From a bacterium (GTDB lineage Bacteria > Auribacterota > UBA6266): 64,000 nucleotides of DNA. A model generated the notes under the pieces. The model did no database searches. It worked only from the letters and a program-made list of their open reading frames with translations, and had not been told where the DNA came from. Position numbers and translations under genes: made by a program. Location: positions 1,596,111 through 1,660,110 of the forward strand of contig JALOBK010000001.1 in the NCBI GenBank assembly GCA_023228325.1. Reading direction: 5' to 3'. Of the stretch, positions 10,030 through 19,825 are shown in pieces (positions within the stretch are counted from its first letter, which is position 1; the number at the start of each line of letters is the position of its first letter).

Positions 10030-10392
10030 TTATTTTCCCGTGCCCTGTTGTCTGAAGATAAGCCACAAGAGGTAAACGAAGGCTGAACTGTAGCAGAATG
10101 TGACGAAAGGCATGATAACCGTTATAAGCCACGAATCTTTTATTTTACTCAATATGCTTATCAGCAGTTTGAATAGTCCGCAATATAAAGCAAACGCAAT
10201 TGAATAAATAGTGACTAAAACGCTGAGCAGGGTAGCGGTAAGAAATCCTGAAATGGAATATTCGTTCAGATGAAGGAATATGAAATAAATAGCATAAATA
10301 TTTATTGCGGTCCCGGCATAAGAGCTGATCAGCGAAAAAGTCAAAGCCTTTTCGAGTTTCGGATTATGTTTTAATGAGGTTGTATTTTCCAT
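10030..10392 (-). CDS. Small integral membrane protein, function unknown
   Basis: 120 aa with 3-4 predicted hydrophobic helices; lies directly downstream of the aldose epimerase gene on the same strand. Confidence 0.4.
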   Translation of the reverse strand: MENTTSLKHNPKLEKALTFSLISSYAGTAINIYAIYFIFLHLNEYSISGFLTATLLSVLVTIYSIAFALYCGLFKLLISILSKIKDSWLITVIMPFVTFCYSSAFVYLLWLIFRQQGTGK

Positions 10393-10414
10393 ATTAAGAA
10401 TAACAAGCCTGCCA

Positions 10415-11287
10415 CTATTCTATAATAATCTTATAGAAACATTCAAATGATTTAGCCGGCTCGAGAGAGAGGATTCCCTCTTTATCCTGCAACCGTCCTG
10501 AGCAGTTATATTTGTCGGCAAGCCCGAACCAGGGTTCAATGCATATGAACAGAGGGAATTCGGGCTTCATCCACAATCCCAGATATGGAAATCTTTCAAG
10601 ACTCACGGTTATTTTATGCGGAGAAGTAATGGATTTTAATGATAAAGATTTTGATTTTAAATCTTTCAGGATGATTGCGTCATCCTGGAAAATAACAGGG
10701 TCTAACTGTAGTATTTTCGTATTATCAAGAAGAAGTTCTTTTTTGCCCGATAGCAGTCCGTTTTCAAGAAAATATCTGTCAGCGTGCTCTTTTTTTTCGA
10801 ATTCGATATAATAATCCGTAAATTTTTCATGATGGGAAAACGGACACCTTAAACCGGGATGGGCGCCTATGGAAAACCACATGGTTTTTGAATCGAGATT
10901 CAACACTTTATAAGTAACGGTCAGTTTGCTTCCTTCAAGAAGGTATGTTATCTCAAGTTTAAATCTGAAAGGGAACACATTTAAGGTATCGTCATTATAT
11001 TGCAGTTCGTATGAGATAAGATTTTTCTCTTTTCCGGAAATTTTAAACCTTGAATCCCTTGCGAAACCGTGTTGATTTAAGTTGTAAGAATTCCCGTTGA
11101 AGTTATAAAGGCCGTCTTTTAATTTGCCCACAACAGGGAAAAGCAGGGGAGAATGCCTTCCCCAGATTTTTTCATCCGCGCCCCATATAAATTCTATATT
11201 ACAGGATAATAATTTGAAACTGATTAGTTCCGCGCCTGAATCATCAACTGTGACTTCGGCATATTTATTGGAAATAGTTGAAAGCAT
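10415..11287 (-). CDS. Aldose 1-epimerase family protein (galactose mutarotase-like)
   Basis: 290 aa; motifs 'GRHSPLLFPVVGKL' and 'NQHGFARD' resemble aldose-1-epimerase fold; immediately downstream of carB. Confidence 0.7.
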   Translation of the reverse strand: MLSTISNKYAEVTVDDSGAELISFKLLSCNIEFIWGADEKIWGRHSPLLFPVVGKLKDGLYNFNGNSYNLNQHGFARDSRFKISGKEKNLISYELQYNDDTLNVFPFRFKLEITYLLEGSKLTVTYKVLNLDSKTMWFSIGAHPGLRCPFSHHEKFTDYYIEFEKKEHADRYFLENGLLSGKKELLLDNTKILQLDPVIFQDDAIILKDLKSKSLSLKSITSPHKITVSLERFPYLGLWMKPEFPLFICIEPWFGLADKYNCSGRLQDKEGILSLEPAKSFECFYKIIIE

Positions 11288-14200
11288 TTATTTAATGTCT
11301 CTGTGATATTCCTGGAGAGATTTAACTTTGAATTTTCCCTTTTCTGATTCTGCTATGCCTTTTACGGCCGCCAGAGCGGCAGGTACGGTTGTTATATACG
11401 GAATTTTATATTTTATTGCCGCTTTCCTGATATAAGAGTCGTCGTGTTTGCTGATATGGCCTATGGGAGTGTTGATTATCAGATGAATTTCCTTGTTTTT
11501 TATGGCGTCAACTATGTTAGGCCTTCCTTCATGCAATTTTTTTATTTGCTCTGTTTCTATTCCGTTATCTTGCAGATACGTGTGTGTTCCTGATGTCGCA
11601 AATATTTTAAATCCAAGTTTCTTAAACTGTCTGGCTATTTCCAATGCGCCTTTGCGCTCTTTGTCGGATAGCGTTATGAGAACAGTTCCTTCTACAGGAA
11701 GCTCGGGTTTTGCGGCTTCCTGGGCTTTAAAATATGCTAAACCGAAAGAATCTGCCATTCCGAGCACTTCACCGGTTGAACGCATTTCCGGACCGAGCAC
11801 AGGATCCACTTCCTGGAACATAGAGAAGGGAAGCACGGCTTCCTTTACGCCGAAATGAGGGATTTTCCTGTTTTTCAGGTTAAGCTCCGAAAGTTTCTTA
11901 CCGAGCATTAACTGAGTCGCGATTCTTGCCATTGAAATATTGCAAACCTTTGAAACAAGCGGGACAGTCCTTGAAGCTCTCGGATTAGCCTCCAGGACAT
12001 ATACTATATCATTTGCGATTGCGTATTGCATGTTCATCAGGCCGACTACCTTCAATTCTTTGGCTATTTTTTTCGTGTATTCACATATCGTTTTCAGGCT
12101 TTTTTCCGATATGCTGACCGGAGGAATGACACATGCCGAGTCTCCGGAATGTATTCCGGCCTGTTCGATATGTTCCATAACGGCGGGAATAAATGTATCG
12201 GCGCCGTCTGAGATCGCGTCCGCTTCGGCCTCTACGGCGTTTTCCAGGAATTTATCAATAAGTATCGGCCTTTCGGGTGTCACATCTACAGCCGCAGTGA
12301 CATATTCTTTCAGCATTTGTTCATCATGGACTATTTCCATTCCGCGTCCGCCCAGTACATATGAGGGCCTGACCATAAGAGGGTATCCGATTCGTTTGGC
12401 GACGGCAAATGCTTCTTCCATTGTGCTTGCCATTCCGGATTCGGGCATAGGAATATTAAGCTTGGCCATCATTTTTCCAAAGCGGTCGCGGTCTTCGGCG
12501 AGGTCTATGGTTTCAGGCGTTGTTCCCAGTATCTTAACACCTGCTTTTTCCAGTTCATCTGCTAAATTCAGGGGAGTTTGCCCTCCGAATTGGACAATTG
12601 CCCCAACCGGGTTTTCCTTCTTGTAAATACTCAGGACATCTTCAACCGTAAGTGGTTCGAAATATAGCTTGTCTGATGTGTCGTAATCGGTGGAAACTGT
12701 TTCCGGATTACAGTTAACCATGATAGTTTCATAGCCTTCGTCTTTTAATGTGAAAGCGGCATGAACACAGCAGTAATCGAATTCTATTCCCTGTCCGATG
12801 CGGTTTGGCCCGCCGCCGAGAACCATAACTTTTTTATTGGATGTTGTTTGAACTTTATCGGTTTTATTGTTATATGTTGAGAAGTAGTAGGCGGCGTTTT
12901 CCACACCGCTTACGGGGACAGGTTCCCATGTTTCGGTAATATTCAATGACAGGCGCTGATTTCTGATTTTTTCCTCCGGAACGGATAATATTTTTGAAAG
13001 GTACCTGTCGGCAAACCCGTCTTTTTTTGCCTTTATTAACAATTCATCGGGCAGTTCGTTGTTCCTGTATTTAAGGATTTCCCCCTCAAGCTCCACAAGT
13101 TCTTTCATCTGTCTTAAAAACCATGGTTTAATATGGGTTTTACTGAATAATTCATTGACATCAGCCCCTTTCCTCAGCGCTTCGTACATGATAAACTGAC
13201 GTTCGCTGGAAGGTTCTTTGAGAAGAGCCATTAAATCATCCAGGCTCTTTTTATTGAAATCTTTCGCGAAACCCAGACCGTACCTGTTAATTTCAAGAGA
13301 GCGTATCGATTTCTGGAAGGCTTCCTTGTAATTTTTGCCTATGCTCATAACTTCTCCGACTGCTTTCATCTGGGTTCCGAGTCTGTCCTGTGCATTTTTG
13401 AATTTTTCAAAAGCCCAGCGCGCAAACTTGACTACAACATATTCGCCGGAAGGCTTATATTTATCGAGGGTTCCTTCTTTCCAGTAGGGTATTTCATCCA
13501 GGGTCATGCCCGCCGCGAGCATTGAAGATATTAATGCGATGGGGAAGCCGGTTGCTTTGGATGCAAGAGCCGATGACCTGGAAGTTCTCGGGTTTATCTC
13601 TATTACAACAATCCGCCCTGTTTGTGGGTCGTGCGCGAATTGGATATTTGTTCCTCCTATAACCTGGATTGCCTCAACAATATCATAAGAGTATTTTTGA
13701 AGTTTCTGCTGAAGTTCCTGTGATATCGTAAGCATCGGGGCTGTGCAGTACGAATCTCCGGTATGAACGCCCATGGCATCTACGTTTTCGATAAAGCAAA
13801 CGGTTATCATCTGGTTTTTTGAATCTCTCACGACTTCAAGTTCCAGTTCTTCCCAGCCTAAGACGGATTCTTCGATGAGAACCTGTCCCACCAAACTGGC
13901 GGAAATCCCTCTGCTGGCTACGGCCTGAAGTTCTTCAAGGTTATATACAAGTCCGCCTCCGGTGCCTCCAAGAGTGTAAGCGGGCCTTACCACCACAGGA
14001 TATCCGAGTTCGGAGGCCGCTTTTTCCGCTTCCTCGACGCTGTAAACAGCCTGGCTTTTCGGCATGTCTATGCCTAATTTGTTCATCGTTTCTTTAAAAG
14101 CCGTCCTGTCTTCGCCTTTCTTTATCGCGTCTACGTTAACACCTATGACTTTTACACCGTATTTTTCTAGTATTCCCATTGACGCAAGTTCAGAGCTCAG

Positions 14201-14491
14201 GTTCAGCCCTGACTGGCCTCCGAGGTTGGGAAGCAGGGCGTCAGGACGTTCTTTCTCTATAATCTTCTCCATAGTTTTCGCGTCAAGTGGTTCTATATAT
14301 GTAGCATCAGCAAGACCGGGATCTGTCATTATCGTAGCGGGGTTGGAATTAACCAGTACAACATCATAACCGAGCTTTTTTAATGCTTTGCATGCCTGTG
14401 TCCCTGAATAATCGAATTCGCAGGCCTGTCCGATAATAATAGGGCCTGAACCGATTATCATAATTTTTTTTATGTCTTTTCGCGCCGGCAT
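11288..14491 (-). CDS. carB: Carbamoyl-phosphate synthase large subunit
   Basis: Two ATP-grasp halves; N-terminus 'IMIIGSGPIIIGQACEFDYSGTQACKALKKLGYDVVLVNSNPATIMTDP'; C-terminal MGS-like domain; start set at ATG 14491 preceded by GGGAG RBS (ORF track starts at upstream TTG 14506). Confidence 0.95.
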   Translation of the reverse strand: MPARKDIKKIMIIGSGPIIIGQACEFDYSGTQACKALKKLGYDVVLVNSNPATIMTDPGLADATYIEPLDAKTMEKIIEKERPDALLPNLGGQSGLNLSSELASMGILEKYGVKVIGVNVDAIKKGEDRTAFKETMNKLGIDMPKSQAVYSVEEAEKAASELGYPVVVRPAYTLGGTGGGLVYNLEELQAVASRGISASLVGQVLIEESVLGWEELELEVVRDSKNQMITVCFIENVDAMGVHTGDSYCTAPMLTISQELQQKLQKYSYDIVEAIQVIGGTNIQFAHDPQTGRIVVIEINPRTSRSSALASKATGFPIALISSMLAAGMTLDEIPYWKEGTLDKYKPSGEYVVVKFARWAFEKFKNAQDRLGTQMKAVGEVMSIGKNYKEAFQKSIRSLEINRYGLGFAKDFNKKSLDDLMALLKEPSSERQFIMYEALRKGADVNELFSKTHIKPWFLRQMKELVELEGEILKYRNNELPDELLIKAKKDGFADRYLSKILSVPEEKIRNQRLSLNITETWEPVPVSGVENAAYYFSTYNNKTDKVQTTSNKKVMVLGGGPNRIGQGIEFDYCCVHAAFTLKDEGYETIMVNCNPETVSTDYDTSDKLYFEPLTVEDVLSIYKKENPVGAIVQFGGQTPLNLADELEKAGVKILGTTPETIDLAEDRDRFGKMMAKLNIPMPESGMASTMEEAFAVAKRIGYPLMVRPSYVLGGRGMEIVHDEQMLKEYVTAAVDVTPERPILIDKFLENAVEAEADAISDGADTFIPAVMEHIEQAGIHSGDSACVIPPVSISEKSLKTICEYTKKIAKELKVVGLMNMQYAIANDIVYVLEANPRASRTVPLVSKVCNISMARIATQLMLGKKLSELNLKNRKIPHFGVKEAVLPFSMFQEVDPVLGPEMRSTGEVLGMADSFGLAYFKAQEAAKPELPVEGTVLITLSDKERKGALEIARQFKKLGFKIFATSGTHTYLQDNGIETEQIKKLHEGRPNIVDAIKNKEIHLIINTPIGHISKHDDSYIRKAAIKYKIPYITTVPAALAAVKGIAESEKGKFKVKSLQEYHRDIK

Positions 14492-14631
14492 AGGAACTCC
14501 CTTCAATTTGAAAATATTTTTAGTTTGAAATGATAAATTGTTTTGGAATTTAAATCAATGAATTAATGTTAAAGAATGAAAAAAGCCGCTATTTTGGTTA
14601 GAAATAGCGGCTTTTGGGGGAAAGAGCGCGG

Positions 14632-15291
14632 TTATCTCTTTCTGCGTGTTATCGAAATTACTCCAACAAGTCCCAACCCTAAAAGGACTATGCTTGTCGG
14701 TTCAGGCACAACATCAAAAGAGGCGTCGTCAACCCATATATCATTTGGATCCCCTGCCCCTGTTTTGCTGAATACGATTTCATATTTTGCGCCTACGGTA
14801 TCTGTCGGAGCTGTGAATACGTCTGAAAGAGAATGCCATAAGCCGGCTGTGTAAGTGTTATTGAAGAGTGAAGCCCCTTCATCTGTTTTTATTACCCCGC
14901 CGCCGGCATTAAGCCATTCAATTTTAAACAAGGCTCCACCCGGGGTAATATCCGACTGCCTGTTGAAAAATGCCGAAGCCGCGTATTGTGTCCCGGGATT
15001 AATCCCGCTTTCTATCGTTTGCGCAATCATTGAATATGCCCAGTTGCTGCCATACAGGAAAAGTGTGGCAGAGTGGGGAGCGCTTTTGGAATTGCTGTCT
15101 GTAACCCATGAGCCGCCGCCTGATGCAGTGCCGCCGCCGCCACCGCCCCACCAGGGGGTTGTATCCCATTTAATTTCCTGTACGGCCATTGAATCAAAGC
15201 CCGAGTCGGCTAACAAATTAGCTGAAGCGGGAGTGTTTGCGGTCAATACCAGAAGTAATACCGCAACCAGGCTTAAATACGTGTGTTTCAT
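14632..15291 (-). CDS. PEP-CTERM sorting-domain protein (exosortase substrate)
   Basis: Signal peptide; mature N-terminus 'ASANLLADSGFDS'; Gly-rich tract 'PWWGGGGGGTASGGGSW'; C-terminus 'VPEPTSIVLLGLGLVGVISITRRKR' = PEP motif + TM helix + basic tail. Confidence 0.8.
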   Translation of the reverse strand: MKHTYLSLVAVLLLVLTANTPASANLLADSGFDSMAVQEIKWDTTPWWGGGGGGTASGGGSWVTDSNSKSAPHSATLFLYGSNWAYSMIAQTIESGINPGTQYAASAFFNRQSDITPGGALFKIEWLNAGGGVIKTDEGASLFNNTYTAGLWHSLSDVFTAPTDTVGAKYEIVFSKTGAGDPNDIWVDDASFDVVPEPTSIVLLGLGLVGVISITRRKR

Positions 15292-15316
15292 CGAAACACC
15301 TCCTTTATTTTGTCTA

Positions 15317-15330
15317 AGGAAAACGTTTTC
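15317..15330. promoter_or_regulatory. Candidate LacI-family operator: 14-bp perfect CG-centred palindrome
   Basis: 'ggaaaacgttttcc' in the divergent region between PEP-CTERM gene 14632..15291 (-) and the EPS operon; ~25 nt upstream of the minus-strand ATG. Confidence 0.4.
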
Positions 15331-15497
15331 CTGAAGATTAAAAAAAAATAATACGCTGTTTTAATGTATTTAGGGCAATCGTTTTCCTTAAGGCTGTGCT
15401 GTAATATACATTACATGTTCAAATTTGTCAAGGGATGGATATATTATAGTAAAAGGGATGATCATAAAAAGTTTTTTTACAAAAAAACTGTTTTCTG

Positions 15498-15506
15498 TGC
15501 TATAAT
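15498..15506 (+). promoter_or_regulatory. Extended -10 promoter element upstream of the EPS export operon
   Basis: 'tgctataat' (TGnTATAAT) about 110 nt upstream of the secretin start. Confidence 0.35.
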
Positions 15507-15616
15507 AATCGACTATAATTAAGTGATATGTATTCCATTATATGAAAATAGATTAGAGTAAATGTAAGCAAAAAATACATAGAGAAAATGTTTTTATGAA
15601 AAATGAAAGGTTTCTG

Positions 15617-17305
15617 ATGAAAAGAACTATATCAGTTTTAATATTGATAACGTTAACTATCGGGTGTCTGCTCTCCACAGATATTTTTTCGGAAGAGAAC
15701 CTGATAAACCTGGATGTCGTCAATCAGGATATTCAGACTGTGCTTAAGATGCTGGCGCAGCAGCAGAATTATAACATAGTCATCAGCAGGAATGTTACGG
15801 GGGTGATTACTGTTAAACTTGAAAACGTTACGATTGAACAGGCGCTTGATTCTATCCTTAAACTTAACAACTATAATTATAGTATTGAAGACGGAATAAT
15901 CAATGTCATGTCATATCAGGACCTGCAGCATGAAGAAAGATTCGCGAAAAAACAGACCAAAGTATTTACCCTTCAAAATGCGGATGTGATGGATTTAAAA
16001 AGAGTTATTCTCTCGATGAAAAGCGCGAGAGGTAAAATCGAATTAAATCCGAAAAACAACCAGATAATTATTAACGACACTCCCGATAAAGTCGCTGAAA
16101 TCGGAGAGGCGATAATCGCGTTAGACCAGCCTGTTGAAGTAAGAAGATATAATATCCTTTATGCTGACGTTGACGATATCCAGACAAAGTTGCTGCAGGT
16201 GATTCCAAAAGAAAAAGGTGAGATCTTTATAGATGAGAAAAACAACGCTATTGTTATCAAAGCCACGCCTGTTGTCTTAAAACATGTGGATGAATTAGTC
16301 AGAGGCTGGGATTTTCAGCCTAAGCAGGTGCTTATCGAATCGCAAATGGTTAAAATCCAGCTGGATGACAATATGGCTTTGGGTATGGATTGGGAGATAA
16401 AAACCGGCGGCAAGGAGGGTAATAAGTTTGTTGACCTTGCCACTAAATTAACAGTTGCGGCTACTACCGGCGGAGCCGGGGGGATATTTACATTGGGTTC
16501 GCTAACCGCCGGGGAATATACCGCTACGATTGAGGCTTTAAAAACAACCAAGTTCGCCGATGTCCTTTCAGCTCCGAGAGTGGTTGTGCTGGATGGGGAA
16601 GAAGCTAAAATTCTTGTAGGAAGCAGTGAGCCTTACAAGGTTGCTGTAACCGATCCTGTGACAAAACTGCTTGTTGAAGAGATAAAATATGTTGATGTGG
16701 GTATAAAACTGGAAGTTACCCCCAGAATAGGGGAAGACGATTATATAACAATGAAAATCCATCCGGAAGTCAGCAAAGGTCAGAGAGTATTAAACGATTC
16801 TGCGGTACAGGTGATTCTTACGGAAGCTGATACGACTATGATGGTTAAAGACGGTGAAACCGCTATACTTGGAGGACTGATCGACTCCGAATCCTCGACA
16901 GAAATCGACAAAGTCCCGTTGTTAGGGGATATACCCCTGTTAGGGCTCCTGTTCAGGAAAAATGTTGAAACTGAAAAGAAAAGCGAACTGATTATCTTTA
17001 TTACCCCCCATATCCTGAATGATAATAAGAGAACTAAGATTTCGAAGCAGAGCTGGGATAATTTTAATGAAAGAGGTGAGGAATTCGATAAAAAGGTTGA
17101 ATTCGAGCGCCTGATGAAAATAAAAATGGGAAAATCTCCTTATGAGGAAGAAGACCTGATTCCTGACGCAAAGAGCAGAATTTTACTCGAGCAGTATAAC
17201 GAAACTGATTTTTCCGAGCCGGGCACAGAGAGCGGCAAAGTGGAAAATAATTCAATAAAAGCAGATGCTGATTTGTCCTTGGAGCCTGAGCCGTCTGGAG
17301 AGTAA
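15617..17305 (+). CDS. Secretin-family outer-membrane channel protein
   Basis: N-terminal signal peptide; secretin N-domains; C-terminal secretin signature 'VPLLGDIPLLGLLFRKNVETEKKSELIIFITPHIL'; first gene of the EPS operon (ORF-track ATG at 15596 is an alternative start). Confidence 0.8.
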   Translation: MKRTISVLILITLTIGCLLSTDIFSEENLINLDVVNQDIQTVLKMLAQQQNYNIVISRNVTGVITVKLENVTIEQALDSILKLNNYNYSIEDGIINVMSYQDLQHEERFAKKQTKVFTLQNADVMDLKRVILSMKSARGKIELNPKNNQIIINDTPDKVAEIGEAIIALDQPVEVRRYNILYADVDDIQTKLLQVIPKEKGEIFIDEKNNAIVIKATPVVLKHVDELVRGWDFQPKQVLIESQMVKIQLDDNMALGMDWEIKTGGKEGNKFVDLATKLTVAATTGGAGGIFTLGSLTAGEYTATIEALKTTKFADVLSAPRVVVLDGEEAKILVGSSEPYKVAVTDPVTKLLVEEIKYVDVGIKLEVTPRIGEDDYITMKIHPEVSKGQRVLNDSAVQVILTEADTTMMVKDGETAILGGLIDSESSTEIDKVPLLGDIPLLGLLFRKNVETEKKSELIIFITPHILNDNKRTKISKQSWDNFNERGEEFDKKVEFERLMKIKMGKSPYEEEDLIPDAKSRILLEQYNETDFSEPGTESGKVENNSIKADADLSLEPEPSGE

Positions 17306-18940
17306 ATGATGTCCGGTCTGAACGAAACGCTAAATAAAGAGAAAAACATTGTTTCTTTACGGGACTATCTTCAGATAATATTCCGGAGAAAGAATTTTTT
17401 TCTGATGCCTTTCCTTATAGTGTTTCTCACTTCGATGATAGGCAGTTTTTTCCTTCCCCGGTATTATGAATCAATCGTTATCATGCTTGCCGAAGAGGAA
17501 AATATTGTAAACCCATTATCAGATGAATCAAAATTGATGCGGGTGCAAAAGGAAGAAGAATCGCTACCAGAGCAAATAAAAACAATAACATTTAAAGTTT
17601 TGAGTTATCAAAATTTATTTAAGCTTATTGGTGAATTAGGATTGGATAAAGAAATCAAAAGCCAAAAACAACTCGAGAAGACAATAAAACAAATTCAAAA
17701 ACATACAGATGTAAAAATTCTTGCCCCGGAGGTATTCCAGATATCTTATGAAGATAAAGATCCCTGGATGTCGCAGAAATTGATAAATACTTTACTGAAA
17801 ATTTTTGTTGAAGAGACAGCGAGGAGAAAAAGGGAACGGGCTGAAGAAGGCGTAGGATTTGCCCAGGCAGAGGCGGAAGAGTATAGAAAGAAATTAGCGC
17901 AGGTAGAGCAGGAATTATATGAATACAAGGAAAAATATCCCCTCCAGCTTCCCGGCGAACAGGAAGATTATAACATTAAAATGCTTATCAATTACCAGAC
18001 CCAGCTTACACAGCTTGAAATGGCTGTGCGTGAAGCGGAAATGGATAGACAGCTCCTTGATGACCAGATAATGGGAAGGGAACCTGTTATTATAACAACC
18101 GAGCTGCTGGGGCTGAACCCCATAGTTAAAAGCCTGAATGAGAGGTTGCAGGAATTACAGTTACAGTTGGATTATCTGAACACGGAAGAACCTGATTCGG
18201 AGGATATACTTAATATACAGATCGAAATAGAAAATGTAAGCGAGAAGCTCAGGATTGAAACAGAGAAAATGGTTGACGGGGAAACAGCTGTAAACGCGCC
18301 GCTCTTCTATCAGGGACTGGAGCAGAAACTCAAAGATGCGAAAAAAGACCTGGATAAACTGGAAAAAAGAGAAAAAGATGTCAGGTCGCTTGTCGGGGAA
18401 TATGAGAATAAAATCAGAAACCTTAATGAGCAGCAGTTGCAATATGTAAAACTCATAAGGGATTTTGAGGTTAATAAGAAAATCTATGAAATGCTGCGTG
18501 TTAAAGCGGAAGAGAATAAGCTTACCTCCCAGGAAGTCCAAAAAAAGGGAACAAGATATGAAATAATCGAAAAGGCGAGACTGCCCCTTGAACCGTCCAA
18601 ACCGCAAAAACTCCTGATTTCCATTGTTGCGTTTATCATAGGTTCTCTGTCGGGGTTCGGGTGTGTTTTTCTTGTAGAATTTGCAGACCATACTTTTCTC
18701 GGTGTTGAAGATTTGAAGAAGTACACCGATCTTCCTGTGCTGGGTTCTATTTCAAATATAAAAAGCAGGAAAGAAACAGATTTGAAAATTGCAAAAAGAA
18801 GGAAATTCATAGTTGTATTTGTCATGCTTATATTTTTGTTGTTAATGACGGGTATTATAAATTCCTGCATACAGGATGAGAAGATGAATGAGATGATAAG
18901 AAAAGCTACTCTTGAGAAAGAAACCGGGCCGGAATTATAA
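17306..18940 (+). CDS. Polysaccharide co-polymerase (Wzz/GumC-like chain-length determinant)
   Basis: 544 aa; N-terminal TM helix, long coiled-coil periplasmic region, C-terminal TM helix; start abuts secretin stop. Confidence 0.75.
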   Translation: MMSGLNETLNKEKNIVSLRDYLQIIFRRKNFFLMPFLIVFLTSMIGSFFLPRYYESIVIMLAEEENIVNPLSDESKLMRVQKEEESLPEQIKTITFKVLSYQNLFKLIGELGLDKEIKSQKQLEKTIKQIQKHTDVKILAPEVFQISYEDKDPWMSQKLINTLLKIFVEETARRKRERAEEGVGFAQAEAEEYRKKLAQVEQELYEYKEKYPLQLPGEQEDYNIKMLINYQTQLTQLEMAVREAEMDRQLLDDQIMGREPVIITTELLGLNPIVKSLNERLQELQLQLDYLNTEEPDSEDILNIQIEIENVSEKLRIETEKMVDGETAVNAPLFYQGLEQKLKDAKKDLDKLEKREKDVRSLVGEYENKIRNLNEQQLQYVKLIRDFEVNKKIYEMLRVKAEENKLTSQEVQKKGTRYEIIEKARLPLEPSKPQKLLISIVAFIIGSLSGFGCVFLVEFADHTFLGVEDLKKYTDLPVLGSISNIKSRKETDLKIAKRRKFIVVFVMLIFLLLMTGIINSCIQDEKMNEMIRKATLEKETGPEL

Positions 18941-18956
18941 AAGTGAGTATAGAATA

Positions 18957-19790
18957 ATGGATAATATTGGGGACGCATTAAAAAAAGCCGCAGAAAAAAA
19001 GAAGGACACCTTTGGGAAAGGAATAATCCCTTTGAAATCCGATTCTCCTGTTCCCGTTGAATATAAGAAATCTATAGAAACTTCTGGCATAGATAAAACC
19101 AACCTAAAAAGAGGAAAGCAGGTTGATCCCAGAATAGTTGCTTATTATGAGGACAACGGCAAGATACTTGAAGACTACAGGGCTTTGTTGATGCAGATAT
19201 TGTCAATTCAGGAAGAGCCCGGCAAGCAACTCAAAACGATTGCTTTAACAAGTTCAAGAGAAGGAGAGGGAAAGTCGATAACAGCCCTTAATATGAGCAT
19301 AATTCTTGCAAAGAACTACAAGAAAAAAACATTGATAATGGATTGCAATATCAGAAACCCGGGCATTAATACTTTATTGGGAATAAATATTAAAAAGGGT
19401 TTAAGCGATATATTAAGAGAGGATGTTCCGTTCAATGTGGAGATTCTTGAGACTGGAGTGGATAATTTAGGCATGATACCTGCCGGAGAAATTTACTCCA
19501 ATCCCGCACAGGTATTCGCGTCGGAGAGAATGAAAAACCTTCTTGAAGAGGTTAAGAAACAATTTGATATTATAATTTTAGATACCCCCGCGGTCATACC
19601 TTACGCAGACCCGAGAATACTGGCGCCCCTTGTTGATGGAATCATACTGTTAGTTCAAAGCGGCAGAGTGAGACGCGAAGTACTTCAGAGGACCGAATCT
19701 ATTCTTCAGGAAGTCGGCGCAAATATCTTAGGATGTCTTTTGACCGGAGTGGAATATTATATCCCCGAATATATACACCAGCATTTGTAA
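18957..19790 (+). CDS. EpsG/CpsD-like tyrosine-kinase-type ATPase (ParA/MinD fold)
   Basis: Deviant Walker A 'SSREGEGKS', Walker B 'ILDTPAV'; ~277 aa; ORF-track TTG start 18912 overlaps upstream gene, ATG 18957 preferred. Confidence 0.7.
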   Translation: MDNIGDALKKAAEKKKDTFGKGIIPLKSDSPVPVEYKKSIETSGIDKTNLKRGKQVDPRIVAYYEDNGKILEDYRALLMQILSIQEEPGKQLKTIALTSSREGEGKSITALNMSIILAKNYKKKTLIMDCNIRNPGINTLLGINIKKGLSDILREDVPFNVEILETGVDNLGMIPAGEIYSNPAQVFASERMKNLLEEVKKQFDIIILDTPAVIPYADPRILAPLVDGIILLVQSGRVRREVLQRTESILQEVGANILGCLLTGVEYYIPEYIHQHL

Positions 19791-19825
19791 ATTGAAAAGA
19801 TGGTTAAAATTTTCGTAAGGAGTAA

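Noticed and set aside
11940-12626. 228-aa ORF on the plus strand inside carB
   Set aside because: Antisense to a highly conserved gene, with Ser/Ala-rich low-complexity translation typical of an out-of-frame reading.
14855-15334. 159-aa ORF on the plus strand
   Set aside because: Antisense overlap with PEP-CTERM gene 14632..15291, whose signal peptide and sorting domain are clear; the Pro-rich translation is an artefact of the Gly-rich region on the other strand.
18161-18691. 176-aa minus-strand ORF, together with 18484..18978
   Set aside because: Antisense within the Wzz-like gene; the translations are low-complexity.
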